Notes: generated by a model not told the origin, from the letters alone. A DNA stretch of 64,000 bases from Candidatus Gastranaerophilales bacterium (GCA_947625495.1 CANQOQ010000002.1:122306-186305); one strand, 5' to 3'. Shown: positions 52,675 to 62,245, numbered from the stretch's first letter. A program made the numbers and translations.

Positions 52675-53649
52675 ATGGGATTCAATATATTAATAATAGT
52701 TTCAATGCTTGTTGCATTCGTTTTAACTTTATTATTCGGTGTTGTGTATATTGATTTTCTAAAAAAAAGAATGATGACGCAGTATATACTTGAAGATGCG
52801 CCTGAACGCCATGCACAAAAAGCAGGTACACCTACAACAGGCGGAGTTTTTATTGTATTTTCTATTATTCAAGCTTCACTTGCGGCATTGACTATGAATC
52901 AAAGTCTTACGACTTCGGCACTTATAGTTTTAATAACATTTTTATTTTTTATGCTTGCCGGGTTAAAAGATGATTACGGAAAAATAAGCCATAAAGAGAA
53001 TAAAGCAGGGCTTTCACCGAGAAATAAACTGTTCTTTCAAATTGCTATTGCTATTTTACCTGCGGTTTATATGACGCTTTCGGGTCAAACATATTTAAAT
53101 ATAGGACAATACAGTATTGATTTACATTACCTGTATCCGTTTTTTGTAATATTTTTTATGACGGGTGTATCAAATGCAGTTAATTTAACGGACGGACTTG
53201 ACGGTTTGGCATCATCAAATACTGCCGTTGCCATGATTATGTGTACTATAATTTCTGTTATCTCAGGCAGAACGGATTTAGCTATCATATCATCGGCTGT
53301 TGTTGGAAGCTGTATTGCTTTTTTATATTTTAATCGTTATCCCGCAAAAGTATTTATGGGCGATACAGGCTCTTTGGCACTCGGAGGACTTCTCGCAACT
53401 ATTGCTGTTATGGGCAAATTTGAACTTTGGATTTTATTTATAGGTTTTGTTTTCTTTTGTGAAACAATGTCTGTTATAATACAAGTTATAAGCTTTAAAT
53501 TAACAGGGAAAAGAGTTTTTAAAATGAGTCCTATTCATCATCATTTTGAACTTTCAGGCTGGAGCGAAAATAAAATAGTAATTGTATTTTCTTTAGTAAG
53601 TTTAATAATGGGTTCAATTGCCGCAATTTTATTTAAAATTTTATGGTAG
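52675..53649 (+). CDS. mraY: phospho-N-acetylmuramoyl-pentapeptide transferase
   Basis: PTTGG, NAVNLTDGLDGLA and HHHFE motifs. Confidence 0.96.
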   Translation: MGFNILIIVSMLVAFVLTLLFGVVYIDFLKKRMMTQYILEDAPERHAQKAGTPTTGGVFIVFSIIQASLAALTMNQSLTTSALIVLITFLFFMLAGLKDDYGKISHKENKAGLSPRNKLFFQIAIAILPAVYMTLSGQTYLNIGQYSIDLHYLYPFFVIFFMTGVSNAVNLTDGLDGLASSNTAVAMIMCTIISVISGRTDLAIISSAVVGSCIAFLYFNRYPAKVFMGDTGSLALGGLLATIAVMGKFELWILFIGFVFFCETMSVIIQVISFKLTGKRVFKMSPIHHHFELSGWSENKIVIVFSLVSLIMGSIAAILFKILW

Positions 53650-53656
53650 GTATGGT

Positions 53657-55006
53657 ATGAAAAGAAAGTGGATTGATAAAAAAGTTTTAATATTAGGTTT
53701 ATCTAAAAGCGGTGTATCAGCAGCTAAATACCTTTCATCAAAAGGCGCAGACTGTTTTGTGACGGAATTTAAACCTTTAGATGATAAAAATAAAGAGCTT
53801 GCACAGGAACTTGAAAAACTTGATATTAAGTTAGAAACAGGCGGACACAGTGACGAGTTTATAAACGATTCATATATCGCAATTACAAGCCCCGGGATTC
53901 CGCCTAAAAGCGAAATCTTCCAAAGGCTTAAGGAAAAAAATATTCCCGTAATAGGTGAAGTTGAACTTGCATACTTGGAAGCTGATGCGCCTTTTATTGC
54001 AATAACAGGTACAAACGGCAAAACTACAACTACGTATTTAACTTCACATATTTTAGAAAGTGAATATAAAGCTCCCGTTTGCGGTAACATTGGAGTTCCT
54101 CCGACATCACTTTTAGGTGAAAAAATTGATTATTTTGTTTGTGAAGTAAGTTCATTTCAGCTTGCAACGGCGCCCGCTTTTAAACCGCAAATAGCCTGCT
54201 TTTTAACTTTTACTCCCGACCACATCGATTGGCACGGCTCTTTAGAAAAGTATTTTGAAGCGAAAATAAGTTTGTTTGATGATAAAAAACAACCGTTATA
54301 TGCGGTTTTTAGCGGTGCGGATGAAAAAATTTATGAATTTTCAAAAACATACTCGGGTGAAAAATTTATATATGCAAAAGAACTCGAAAATAATTGCTGT
54401 TACCTGAAAAACGGAAAAATTTATTTTAAACGTGATAAAGAAGAAGAAATAATAAGTATTGATGAAATATCGCTCGTGGGTGAACATAATTACCAAAATA
54501 TTATGTGTGCGGTAGTTATAGCTAAATTAACCGGAGTTTCTAATGAAAATATAAGAGAAAGAATAAAGTCGTTTAAAGCTGTAGAACACAGAATAGAATA
54601 TGTAGCGGATATTCAAGGCAAGTCATTCTATAACGATTCAAAGGCAACAAACCCCGAAGCTTCTTTTGTCGCTATTAAATCTTTTGAAGGGAAAAATCTT
54701 ACTTTGATAGCCGGCGGAAGAGATAAAAATACTGATTTAACCGAGTTTTGCAAAGACTATATTAACAAATACGTTTCAACGGTTATTTTGATAGGTGAAG
54801 CTGCTCAAAGATTCAGAGAGAATATGGAAAAAAACGGTTTTAATAATATAATATCCGCAAACTCGCTTGAAGAAGCGGTGGATATATCTTTAACTCTTGA
54901 CACTCAGGTAGTGTTGTTATCACCTGCCTGTGCAAGTTATGATATGTTTAACAGTTACGAACACAGAGGAGAAGTATTTAAAAAATATGTCACGTCCAAG
55001 ATATAA
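53657..55006 (+). CDS. murD: UDP-N-acetylmuramoylalanine-D-glutamate ligase
   Basis: VLILGLSKSG, ITGTNGKTTT and NDSKATN motifs. ATG at 53657. Confidence 0.93.
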   Translation: MKRKWIDKKVLILGLSKSGVSAAKYLSSKGADCFVTEFKPLDDKNKELAQELEKLDIKLETGGHSDEFINDSYIAITSPGIPPKSEIFQRLKEKNIPVIGEVELAYLEADAPFIAITGTNGKTTTTYLTSHILESEYKAPVCGNIGVPPTSLLGEKIDYFVCEVSSFQLATAPAFKPQIACFLTFTPDHIDWHGSLEKYFEAKISLFDDKKQPLYAVFSGADEKIYEFSKTYSGEKFIYAKELENNCCYLKNGKIYFKRDKEEEIISIDEISLVGEHNYQNIMCAVVIAKLTGVSNENIRERIKSFKAVEHRIEYVADIQGKSFYNDSKATNPEASFVAIKSFEGKNLTLIAGGRDKNTDLTEFCKDYINKYVSTVILIGEAAQRFRENMEKNGFNNIISANSLEEAVDISLTLDTQVVLLSPACASYDMFNSYEHRGEVFKKYVTSKI

Positions 55007-56132
55007 TAAACAGGAACAAGTCGTCAAAAATACGGTAATGTTATCTAATCATGACGGTACTTTGGTAACTATAGTTATATTCCTTTCCGTAATAGGTTTG
55101 CTGGCTATATTTTCGGCAGGTGCGCCAAAATGTATTCAGCAGGGAACTTCTTCCACTTATTTTGTTGCAAGACAGTTTATCTGGTTTATACTTGGTTTAA
55201 TTGCAATGTTTATGCTCAGTAATGTAAATTATAAAGTGTATGATAAATTATCCGTTCCTTTTGCATGGATTATAATATTGTTATTAGCGGGAGTTCATTT
55301 TGCAGGTACTACCGTAAACGGGGCGCAAAGGTGGTTAACTATAGGACCTGTTCAGTTCCAGCCGTCAGAAGCCTCAAAACTTGCAGTTATAATGCTCCTG
55401 TCGAGTGCTTTTTCAAAAAATATAAAAATATTTGATTTTTCGCAGTTTAAATATTTTATCCCCATAATAATAATGGTAGGATTTATCTTTTTACAGCCAA
55501 ACCTCAGTATGGTAATAATCTTGGCTTTATCTTCATTGTTTATGTATTTTGCCGGCGGCGGGTCAATAAAACTTATTATTACAATGTGTGTTCTTGGTGT
55601 TTTAGGTGTAAGCACCATGATAAGATCATTTCAAATGCAGAGAATACTCACATGGCTTCACCCCGAACGTGACCCTTACGGCGCAGGATATAACATTATT
55701 CAGGCTATGCTTGCCTTTGTTGCAGGCGGTTTCTTCGGTGAAGGCTACGGGAATTCAAGGCAGAAACTCGGCTGGCTGCCTGAAGGACATACTGATTTTA
55801 TTTATTCCGTTTTAGCTGAAGAATTTGGTTTCTTAGGCTGTTTAATTATAATCGGTCTATTTCTCGCCTTTCTGCAAAGAGGTATATTAATATCGGTTAA
55901 ATGCGAAGATGTTTTCGGCAAACTTCTTGCAGGCGGTATAACTATATCAATATGTTTACAGGCATTTATAAATATTTCCGTTGCAAGTTCAATGCTTCCT
56001 GCAACCGGTGTTCCGCTCCCGTTTATAAGCTACGGGGGTACTTCTTTATTTATAACTATGTGTATGGTCGGAATATTATTAAATATTTCAAAAAAAAGAA
56101 TAAGAATGATTACACAGTATGATGAACAGTAA
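54987..56132 (+). CDS. ftsW: SEDS family peptidoglycan polymerase FtsW/RodA
   Basis: QPSE..K, LQPNLS, PE.HTDFI and LPFISYGGTS motifs. dcw position. Confidence 0.88.
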   Translation: MSRPRYNKQEQVVKNTVMLSNHDGTLVTIVIFLSVIGLLAIFSAGAPKCIQQGTSSTYFVARQFIWFILGLIAMFMLSNVNYKVYDKLSVPFAWIIILLLAGVHFAGTTVNGAQRWLTIGPVQFQPSEASKLAVIMLLSSAFSKNIKIFDFSQFKYFIPIIIMVGFIFLQPNLSMVIILALSSLFMYFAGGGSIKLIITMCVLGVLGVSTMIRSFQMQRILTWLHPERDPYGAGYNIIQAMLAFVAGGFFGEGYGNSRQKLGWLPEGHTDFIYSVLAEEFGFLGCLIIIGLFLAFLQRGILISVKCEDVFGKLLAGGITISICLQAFINISVASSMLPATGVPLPFISYGGTSLFITMCMVGILLNISKKRIRMITQYDEQ

Positions 56133-57243
56133 AAAAAATTATTTTATTTCAGGCGGCGGTACGGGAGGACATATATATCCCGCTTTTACCGTTGTTGAAA
56201 AACTCCTGAAAGATGAAGAAACATCTAAAATATATTTTGTCGGGAATCCTGATAACTTAGAATATGATATCGCTAAAAACTACCCTGATGTTGAGTTTCT
56301 GCCCGTAAAAGTATCGGGTATGCCGAGAAAAATAAGTTTTTCATTAATAAAATGGGCAATAGAATTATTTTTTGCCTGCTTAAAATCAATGTCTTATATA
56401 AAAAAATACAAACCTGATGCCGTTTTTACAACAGGCGGTTATGTAAGTGCTCCTATTGTTATTGCTTCAATATTAAAAAAAATTCCTTATATGATACACG
56501 ATTGTGATTCCGTTCCGGGGCTTGTATCTAAAATGGCGGCACCAAAGGCAAAATATGTTTCCGTTGCATTTGAAAACTCTAAAAATATTCTCAAATCAAA
56601 TAATATAAAGTTTAACGGAAATCCTGTAAGAGAAGCATTTTTTACCGTAACAAAAGATGAAGCAAGAGAAAAATTAAATATCTCTAAAGAAAAAAAAGTT
56701 ATATTCGCAATGGGCGGTTCTCAAGGCGCTAAAACGATTAACAGCGCATTGATTGATATTTTAAAGACGCTTGCCGATAATAACAATAATTATATTATTC
56801 TGCAGACAGGCAAGAAAAAATTTGATGAAGTATTGTCTGAACTTGATGAAAAATTTACGGAATATAAAAATTATAATAATATACTTATTAAGCCTTATTT
56901 TGATGAAATGGTATATCCGCTTAAAGCTTGCGATATAGTAATAGCAAGGGCAGGCAGTGTAAGTTTGTCCGAAATTCTTCAATGTCATTTGGCTTCAATA
57001 TTGGTTCCGTATCCTTATGCCGCTCAAGACCACCAAAGGAAAAATGCCAAAGAAATGACAGACAGAGGAACTGCCCTGTATTTGGAAGATTCGGACTGCA
57101 GTGGAAATAACCTTTTAAACAAAATAAATGAACTTTTAAATGATGAAAATAAACTAATGCAAATGCGTAAAAAGGCGGAAGAATTTGCCAAAACAAACCC
57201 GACTCAAGAAATAGTTAATCAATTAAAAAGTATAGCGCAATGA
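56119..57243 (+). CDS. murG: undecaprenyldiphospho-muramoylpentapeptide beta-N-acetylglucosaminyltransferase
   Basis: GGGTGGHIYPA, GGSQGA and RAGS.S..E motifs. Confidence 0.93.
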   Translation: MMNSKKNYFISGGGTGGHIYPAFTVVEKLLKDEETSKIYFVGNPDNLEYDIAKNYPDVEFLPVKVSGMPRKISFSLIKWAIELFFACLKSMSYIKKYKPDAVFTTGGYVSAPIVIASILKKIPYMIHDCDSVPGLVSKMAAPKAKYVSVAFENSKNILKSNNIKFNGNPVREAFFTVTKDEAREKLNISKEKKVIFAMGGSQGAKTINSALIDILKTLADNNNNYIILQTGKKKFDEVLSELDEKFTEYKNYNNILIKPYFDEMVYPLKACDIVIARAGSVSLSEILQCHLASILVPYPYAAQDHQRKNAKEMTDRGTALYLEDSDCSGNNLLNKINELLNDENKLMQMRKKAEEFAKTNPTQEIVNQLKSIAQ

Positions 57244-58433
57244 TTTTAACATATAAAAAAGCAGTAAAATTGCTGCAATCACAGGGTAAATTTCATATAA
57301 ATTTAGGACTTGAAAGAATAAAAAGGGTTCTAAAGTATTTTGATAACCCTCAAAATAAAATAAAGATAATCCATATTGCAGGAACAAACGGCAAAGGGTC
57401 GGTGTGCTCCGCTCTTTCAAATATATTATATTCAAACGGTCTAAAAACGGGACTTTATACAAGCCCTCATTTGGTTGAATATACAGAAAGAATAAAAATT
57501 AATAACGAAAAGATAACACAAGATGATTTTGCATTGTATATTACAAGAATATGCAAGCAGGCAGATTTTGTCGGAATTAATTTGACTGAGTTTGAAATAC
57601 TGACAAGTGCTGCATTTTTATATTTTTACGAAAAAAAAGTTGATATAGCCGTTATAGAAACGGGACTTGGCGGCAGGTTTGATGCTACTAATACATCGGA
57701 GAATAAAATTCTTGCCGTTATAACTTCAATTTCCTTAGACCATACCGACAGACTGGGTGACAGTATAGAGAAAATCGCATTTGAAAAAGCAGGTATTATT
57801 AATGATTATTCAAATGTTGTAATTTCCGCTCAAAATAAAGGTTTTGACGTTATTGAAAAGTATTGTATCGAACATAATGCTAAACTTTATACTGCTTTTG
57901 ATAGAGAAATACCTTATAAAATACCGTTATTAGGATTATATCAGACCGAAAATATGTCTTTAGTTTTAAAATGTGTAGAAGTATTAAATGAAAATGGCTT
58001 TTCTATAACAAAAGAAGCGGTTGAAAAAGGTTTAAAAACTTTAAAATGGGGTGCAAGGCTTGAATATTTGAAAGAAAAAAATATTTTAATTGACGGAGCT
58101 CACAATCCTGATGCGGCTTTAGCTTTAAGAAAAAGTCTTGATTATTATTTCCCGAAGCAAAAACGCACTTTTATTTATTCAACTTTAAGCACAAAAAATT
58201 ATAAAGAAATAGCTGAAATTCTTTTTAGAAAAGAAGATGAAATATTCTATATTGAATTTAACCACAAAGACTGCGTTTTATATGATGACTATGTAAAAAA
58301 TACCATATTGCCTTGCCAAATAGAAAAAATTGATTTGGAAAATCTTGATAATGTATTAAAAAAAGATTCCTTAAAAATAGTGACAGGAAGTCTTTATATG
58401 ATTGGCAGTATATATAAAAAGCTAAAAAAATGA
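57240..58433 (+). CDS. folC: bifunctional folylpolyglutamate synthase/dihydrofolate synthase
   Basis: IHIAGTNGKGSV, TSPHL and E.GLGGR.D motifs. Confidence 0.88.
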   Translation: MILTYKKAVKLLQSQGKFHINLGLERIKRVLKYFDNPQNKIKIIHIAGTNGKGSVCSALSNILYSNGLKTGLYTSPHLVEYTERIKINNEKITQDDFALYITRICKQADFVGINLTEFEILTSAAFLYFYEKKVDIAVIETGLGGRFDATNTSENKILAVITSISLDHTDRLGDSIEKIAFEKAGIINDYSNVVISAQNKGFDVIEKYCIEHNAKLYTAFDREIPYKIPLLGLYQTENMSLVLKCVEVLNENGFSITKEAVEKGLKTLKWGARLEYLKEKNILIDGAHNPDAALALRKSLDYYFPKQKRTFIYSTLSTKNYKEIAEILFRKEDEIFYIEFNHKDCVLYDDYVKNTILPCQIEKIDLENLDNVLKKDSLKIVTGSLYMIGSIYKKLKK

Positions 58434-58445
58434 TATTATTGGTTT

Positions 58446-59270
58446 ATGAAAAAAACATATAAAATAATAGGTTTTATAATACTGATACTCGGGGCAATAT
58501 CAATGCTTCTTCCGTTTATTTATATGATTTCATTATCATTTATGACTGATAAACAGATAATATCGGGAACGACTGAATTTATAGCTCATCCCTCTACTTT
58601 TGAGCATTATAAATATGTAGTAAATAACGTAGATATAATAAAATATTTTTATAACAGTATGTTCGTTGCAATTGCAACAACAATAGGTCAGGTATTAATT
58701 GCCTCAATGGCAGGGTACGCTTTTGCTCGATTTGAATTTAGATATAAAGAAATATTGTTCTTTCTAATCCTTGTATCAATGATGATACCGCCTCAGGTAA
58801 ATATAGTGCCTTTGTTTTTTATAATGAAACAGTTTCATTGGATAGATACATATTGGGCATTAATAGTTCCGGGGCTTTTTGGTGGGTTTGGAGTATTTAT
58901 GATGAGGCAGTGGTTTAAATCCATGCCTGATGATATGGAATCATCGGCGAAGATAGACGGGTGTAACACTTTTGAAGTGTTTTATAAAATAGCTCTGCCA
59001 TTGGCGCTTCCTGCAATTGTTACACTTGCTATATTTACATTTATTACAACATGGAACAGTTTTATGTGGCCGTTAATTGTGACAAATTCAGATTCTATGA
59101 GAACATTGCCTTTAGGATTAGCTAATTTTAAGGGAAGTTTTAGAGAAGTAACAGACTGGGGAGCATTAACCGCATATAGTGTAATTTGTTGTATTCCCGT
59201 TATAGGTGTGTTTTTACTTGGCAGAAAGTATTTTATAAACGATATTCTTTCGGGCGGAATAAAAGAGTAA
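58446..59270 (+). CDS. carbohydrate ABC transporter permease (MalG/UgpE-like), orphan
   Basis: Six TM helices and EAA loop (SAKIDGCNTFEVFYKIALPLALPA). No partner genes are nearby. Confidence 0.88.
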   Translation: MKKTYKIIGFIILILGAISMLLPFIYMISLSFMTDKQIISGTTEFIAHPSTFEHYKYVVNNVDIIKYFYNSMFVAIATTIGQVLIASMAGYAFARFEFRYKEILFFLILVSMMIPPQVNIVPLFFIMKQFHWIDTYWALIVPGLFGGFGVFMMRQWFKSMPDDMESSAKIDGCNTFEVFYKIALPLALPAIVTLAIFTFITTWNSFMWPLIVTNSDSMRTLPLGLANFKGSFREVTDWGALTAYSVICCIPVIGVFLLGRKYFINDILSGGIKE

Positions 59271-59293
59271 AATTTTAAATACTGATTAACAAA

Positions 59294-59768
59294 ATAATGT
59301 AATAATAATGAATATTTTTACAATTATTTACATACAGCTAAAATCATGTTCAAATCATGGTTTTAGCGGTTTTAAACTTTGCGAAAAGAGCTGATTTTAT
59401 TGATAAAGGATTGAAGAACTCAAAAAAAGATTTATACTGAAAATATAACAAACTTTAAAAAAAGACTATTGATAAATGGATGAGAATATACATTCCGTTG
59501 CTAACATAATAATGAAAAAAATATCAGGAAAGGAGAAAATAAATGGGAACTTGGGATGAGTCTGAACATCCACGTGATGACGAAGGGAAATTTACATATA
59601 AAAATGGAGGTAGTGATAGTGTTAAATCCGATGAAGAAAAAATGCAAAGACGAGCAGACCTTCTATATCCGTCAATGAAAGATAAAGAACCCAAAACAGA
59701 TTATTCAACTGTCGGACTTGAAAATTACAAAAAAGAAAAAGATTCTGTTACCGGCGGAGCTGCAAATA
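59294..59768 (+). repeat. 475-bp module copy 1 (249-bp leader plus the first 75 codons of the muramidase gene)
   Basis: Aligns colinearly with 61207-61680 with one indel and about a dozen substitutions by hand alignment. Confidence 0.9.
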
Positions 59769-60244
59769 CGGAAGATTGGCAAAAAGATAAGGATTTTAAT
59801 AAAATTTTAGAATATTTATATCCGCAAGAAGGAGGATATAGTAATAGAAAAGCAGATTTAGGCGGACCTACAAAACTTGGGGTTACTCAGACTACTTATG
59901 ACTGGTATAATAAACGTAATAAAATTCCGACTCAGAATGTGAAAAATATAACTAAAGGGGAAGCAACAAAAATATATTATGATTATTTTTGGAAAGAATC
60001 TGGTGCTAGTTCAATTAAAGATAAGGGTATGGCATTGATGTATTTTGATGCTGCCGTTAATCATGGTCCATATTATGCAAAAAAATATTATAAAGAATCA
60101 AATGGCAATTATAATAAGTTTGTTGAACTACGGAAACAACATTATGAGCGTATGAAAAATAATATACCTCAACAAAAAGAAAATTATAATGGTTGGATTA
60201 ACAGATTAAATAATATAGATAAATATATAGAAAAGAATTATTAA
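59543..60244 (+). CDS. GH108-like N-acetylmuramidase with conserved 75-aa N-terminal module (effector candidate 1)
   Basis: YPQEGGYSNRKADLGGPTKLGVTQ (GH108 EGGY catalytic motif). C-terminal YFD..VN.G / GW.NRL segment is PG_binding_3-like. RBS aggaaaggag. No signal peptide. Confidence 0.8.
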   Translation: MGTWDESEHPRDDEGKFTYKNGGSDSVKSDEEKMQRRADLLYPSMKDKEPKTDYSTVGLENYKKEKDSVTGGAANTEDWQKDKDFNKILEYLYPQEGGYSNRKADLGGPTKLGVTQTTYDWYNKRNKIPTQNVKNITKGEATKIYYDYFWKESGASSIKDKGMALMYFDAAVNHGPYYAKKYYKESNGNYNKFVELRKQHYERMKNNIPQQKENYNGWINRLNNIDKYIEKNY

Positions 60245-60251
60245 ATATAAA

Positions 60252-60671
60252 TTATTTGTTTATTTCACTTAAATATTTTCGGATAGTAATTAGTTTTTCT
60301 AAATATTGTTTTGAATTTTGGCATTTTATACTTGAACTTACTAAATATGGTTCTGCATAGTTCTGATTTTCAAATAAATTTTTTAATAATAAATTATTAT
60401 TTTTAATATATGTTTCCCAACTTAAATTAGACTCTGATAATAATTTATATTTATCCTTAGTAAGTATTTTTTTTAAAAGTTTTAATTCTTTATTGATTTC
60501 TTTATTGTATAAATTAATTGCTTGATAATTACATTCAGCCATATAAAAATCTGACTGATTGTTTGTATTTAGACAATTAAGTCTGGTTCTTTCTATATCA
60601 TCTGTTATATTAGCAAAAGAACAATTATTTGTTAATATCAAAATTATAAATACAATAAAAAACTTTTTCAT
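60252..60671 (-). CDS. secreted DUF1311/LprI-like protein (candidate muramidase immunity 1)
   Basis: Signal peptide MKKFFIVFIILILTNNCSFA. C..T......MAEC......Y.KEIN.....L......LL.ES...W..Y......C pattern of PF07007. ATG at 60671 preferred. Confidence 0.65.
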   Translation of the reverse strand: MKKFFIVFIILILTNNCSFANITDDIERTRLNCLNTNNQSDFYMAECNYQAINLYNKEINKELKLLKKILTKDKYKLLSESNLSWETYIKNNNLLLKNLFENQNYAEPYLVSSSIKCQNSKQYLEKLITIRKYLSEINK

Positions 60672-60769
60672 AAAAATAATTATAATAATTAGTATGTATA
60701 AAGACAATAGTAAATAAGTTAGGTTTAACTTCATCTAGAAAATATTAAACATTCAACAAGAAAACGTAA

Positions 60770-61138
60770 TTAAAATTCAAAAACAGGTTTTCTAAATTTA
60801 CGTTTTTCGTACCATCTAGCAAAGCGAAGTTTATTTTTGTAATCGTAAATATACTGTACTTTTTTATCTTTTAAACAAGAATACACTCCGCCTTTATTTT
60901 TAAAAAGAGCATAACTCCAATAATAGTGTTTAATAATTTTGAAGCAATTATTTTCATAAGCAAATTTTTTAACATAGTCAGGACTATCAGAAGCATCTAT
61001 TCTATCTAAAACATAATATTTATAGGCTTCATCTCCACTCATTTCTTCAAGCTCGGCAAGGGCTTTATTTGAAGACGAAGGAAAACAATTCAGTATAGAA
61101 ACCAAAATTACAGATAAAATGATAAAAAACTTTTTCAT
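60770..61138 (-). CDS. secreted/lipoprotein-like hypothetical protein
   Basis: Signal peptide MKKFFIILSVILVSILNC. Shares an upstream promoter module with the 62230-62769 gene. Confidence 0.55.
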   Translation of the reverse strand: MKKFFIILSVILVSILNCFPSSSNKALAELEEMSGDEAYKYYVLDRIDASDSPDYVKKFAYENNCFKIIKHYYWSYALFKNKGGVYSCLKDKKVQYIYDYKNKLRFARWYEKRKFRKPVFEF

Positions 61139-61210
61139 AGTAATAATTATAATAGTTCAAGTATAAAAAAACAATAGACAACAGCTTGTAGTTTTAATAC
61201 AACATAATAA
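61139..61210. repeat. conserved upstream (promoter) module of minus-strand island genes, copy 1
   Basis: aaaaaaacaatagaca[ag]cagcttgtagttttaatacaacataataa is repeated at 62796-62841 with one mismatch. The proximal part is more diverged. Confidence 0.8.
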
Positions 61211-61680
61211 TGTAATAATAATGAATATTTTTACAATCATTTACATACAGCTGAAATCATGTTCAAATCATGGTTTTAGCGGTTTTAAACTTTGCGAAAA
61301 GAGCTGATTTTATTGATAAAGGATTGAAGAACTCAAAAAAAGATTTATACTGAAAATATAATAAACTTTATAAAAAGACTATTGATAAAGGGATGTGAAT
61401 ATACATTGCGTTACTAACATAATAATGAAAAAATATCAGGAAAGGAGAAAATAAATGGGAACATGGGATGAGTCTGAGCATCCACGTGATGAAAATGGAA
61501 AATTTACATACAAAAACGGAGGTAGTGATAGTGTTAAATCCGAAGAAGAAAAAATGCAAAGACGAGCAGACCTTCTATATCCGTCAATGAAAGATAAAGA
61601 ACCAAAAACAGATTATTCAACTGTCGGACTTGAAAATTACAAAAAAGAAAAAGATTTTGTTACCGGCGGAGCTGCAAATA
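61207..61680 (+). repeat. 475-bp module copy 2
   Basis: See 59294-59768. Confidence 0.9.
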
Positions 61681-62201
61681 TTCAAATGGATAATGAAGAA
61701 TATATAAAAAATTTAAAAAATTTAGCTCAAACTGATTCGGATTTAAGATTTTTAAACAGTTTAGATTATATTTTAAAAGAAGAAGGAGGATATAATAATT
61801 ATAAAGGAGATAAACCAACAAATTTAGGAGTAACTCAAGATATTTATAATATATATAGAAAAGAAAAAGGTTTACCTTCCCAAGATGTGAAAAAAATTAA
61901 TATAAAAGAAGCAACTCAAATTTATCATAAATATTTTTGGAAACCATCTAAAGCAGATAAACTTCAACATCCTTTAGATTTAGTTTATTTTGATATGTAT
62001 ATTAATAGTAATCCTAGGGAAGCGAAAAATGTATTAAATCGTTCTGATAACGATGTTTATAAATTTATAGAAAATCGTAGAAAATTTTATGATGATGTTA
62101 TTAAGTCAAAACCAATAAAGGAAAAATTTAGAAAAGGCTGGTATAATCGACTTGATAATTTAAAAAAATATATTGATGAGTACTATGCGAGTATAAAATA
62201 A
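61455..62201 (+). CDS. GH108-like N-acetylmuramidase with the same N-terminal module and a diverged catalytic domain (effector candidate 2)
   Basis: First 75 aa are 71/75 identical to the 59543 gene. Then LKEEGGYNNYKGDKPTNLGVTQ, FWKPS, VYFD and GWYNRLDNLKKYI. Confidence 0.8.
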   Translation: MGTWDESEHPRDENGKFTYKNGGSDSVKSEEEKMQRRADLLYPSMKDKEPKTDYSTVGLENYKKEKDFVTGGAANIQMDNEEYIKNLKNLAQTDSDLRFLNSLDYILKEEGGYNNYKGDKPTNLGVTQDIYNIYRKEKGLPSQDVKKINIKEATQIYHKYFWKPSKADKLQHPLDLVYFDMYINSNPREAKNVLNRSDNDVYKFIENRRKFYDDVIKSKPIKEKFRKGWYNRLDNLKKYIDEYYASIK

Positions 62202-62215
62202 TTAAAGAATAAATT

Positions 62216-62245
62216 ACCTGATAACTCTATTATGAATTATCAGGT
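62216..62245. terminator. 9-bp inverted repeat spanning the convergent gene ends
   Basis: acctgataa (62216-62224) / ttatcaggt (62237-62245), 12-nt loop. It overlaps the stop codon of the minus-strand gene. Confidence 0.4.

Noticed and set aside
59478-59560. Out-of-frame ORF (MDENIHSVANIIMKKISGKEKINGNLG) overlapping the start of muramidase gene 1.
   Set aside because: In the second copy of the leader the equivalent ATG is immediately followed by TGA, so the ORF is not conserved.
61368-61559. 63-aa minus-strand ORF antisense to the start of muramidase gene 2.
   Set aside because: No equivalent ORF appears in the track for the near-identical copy 1, and the translation is low-complexity and hydrophobic.
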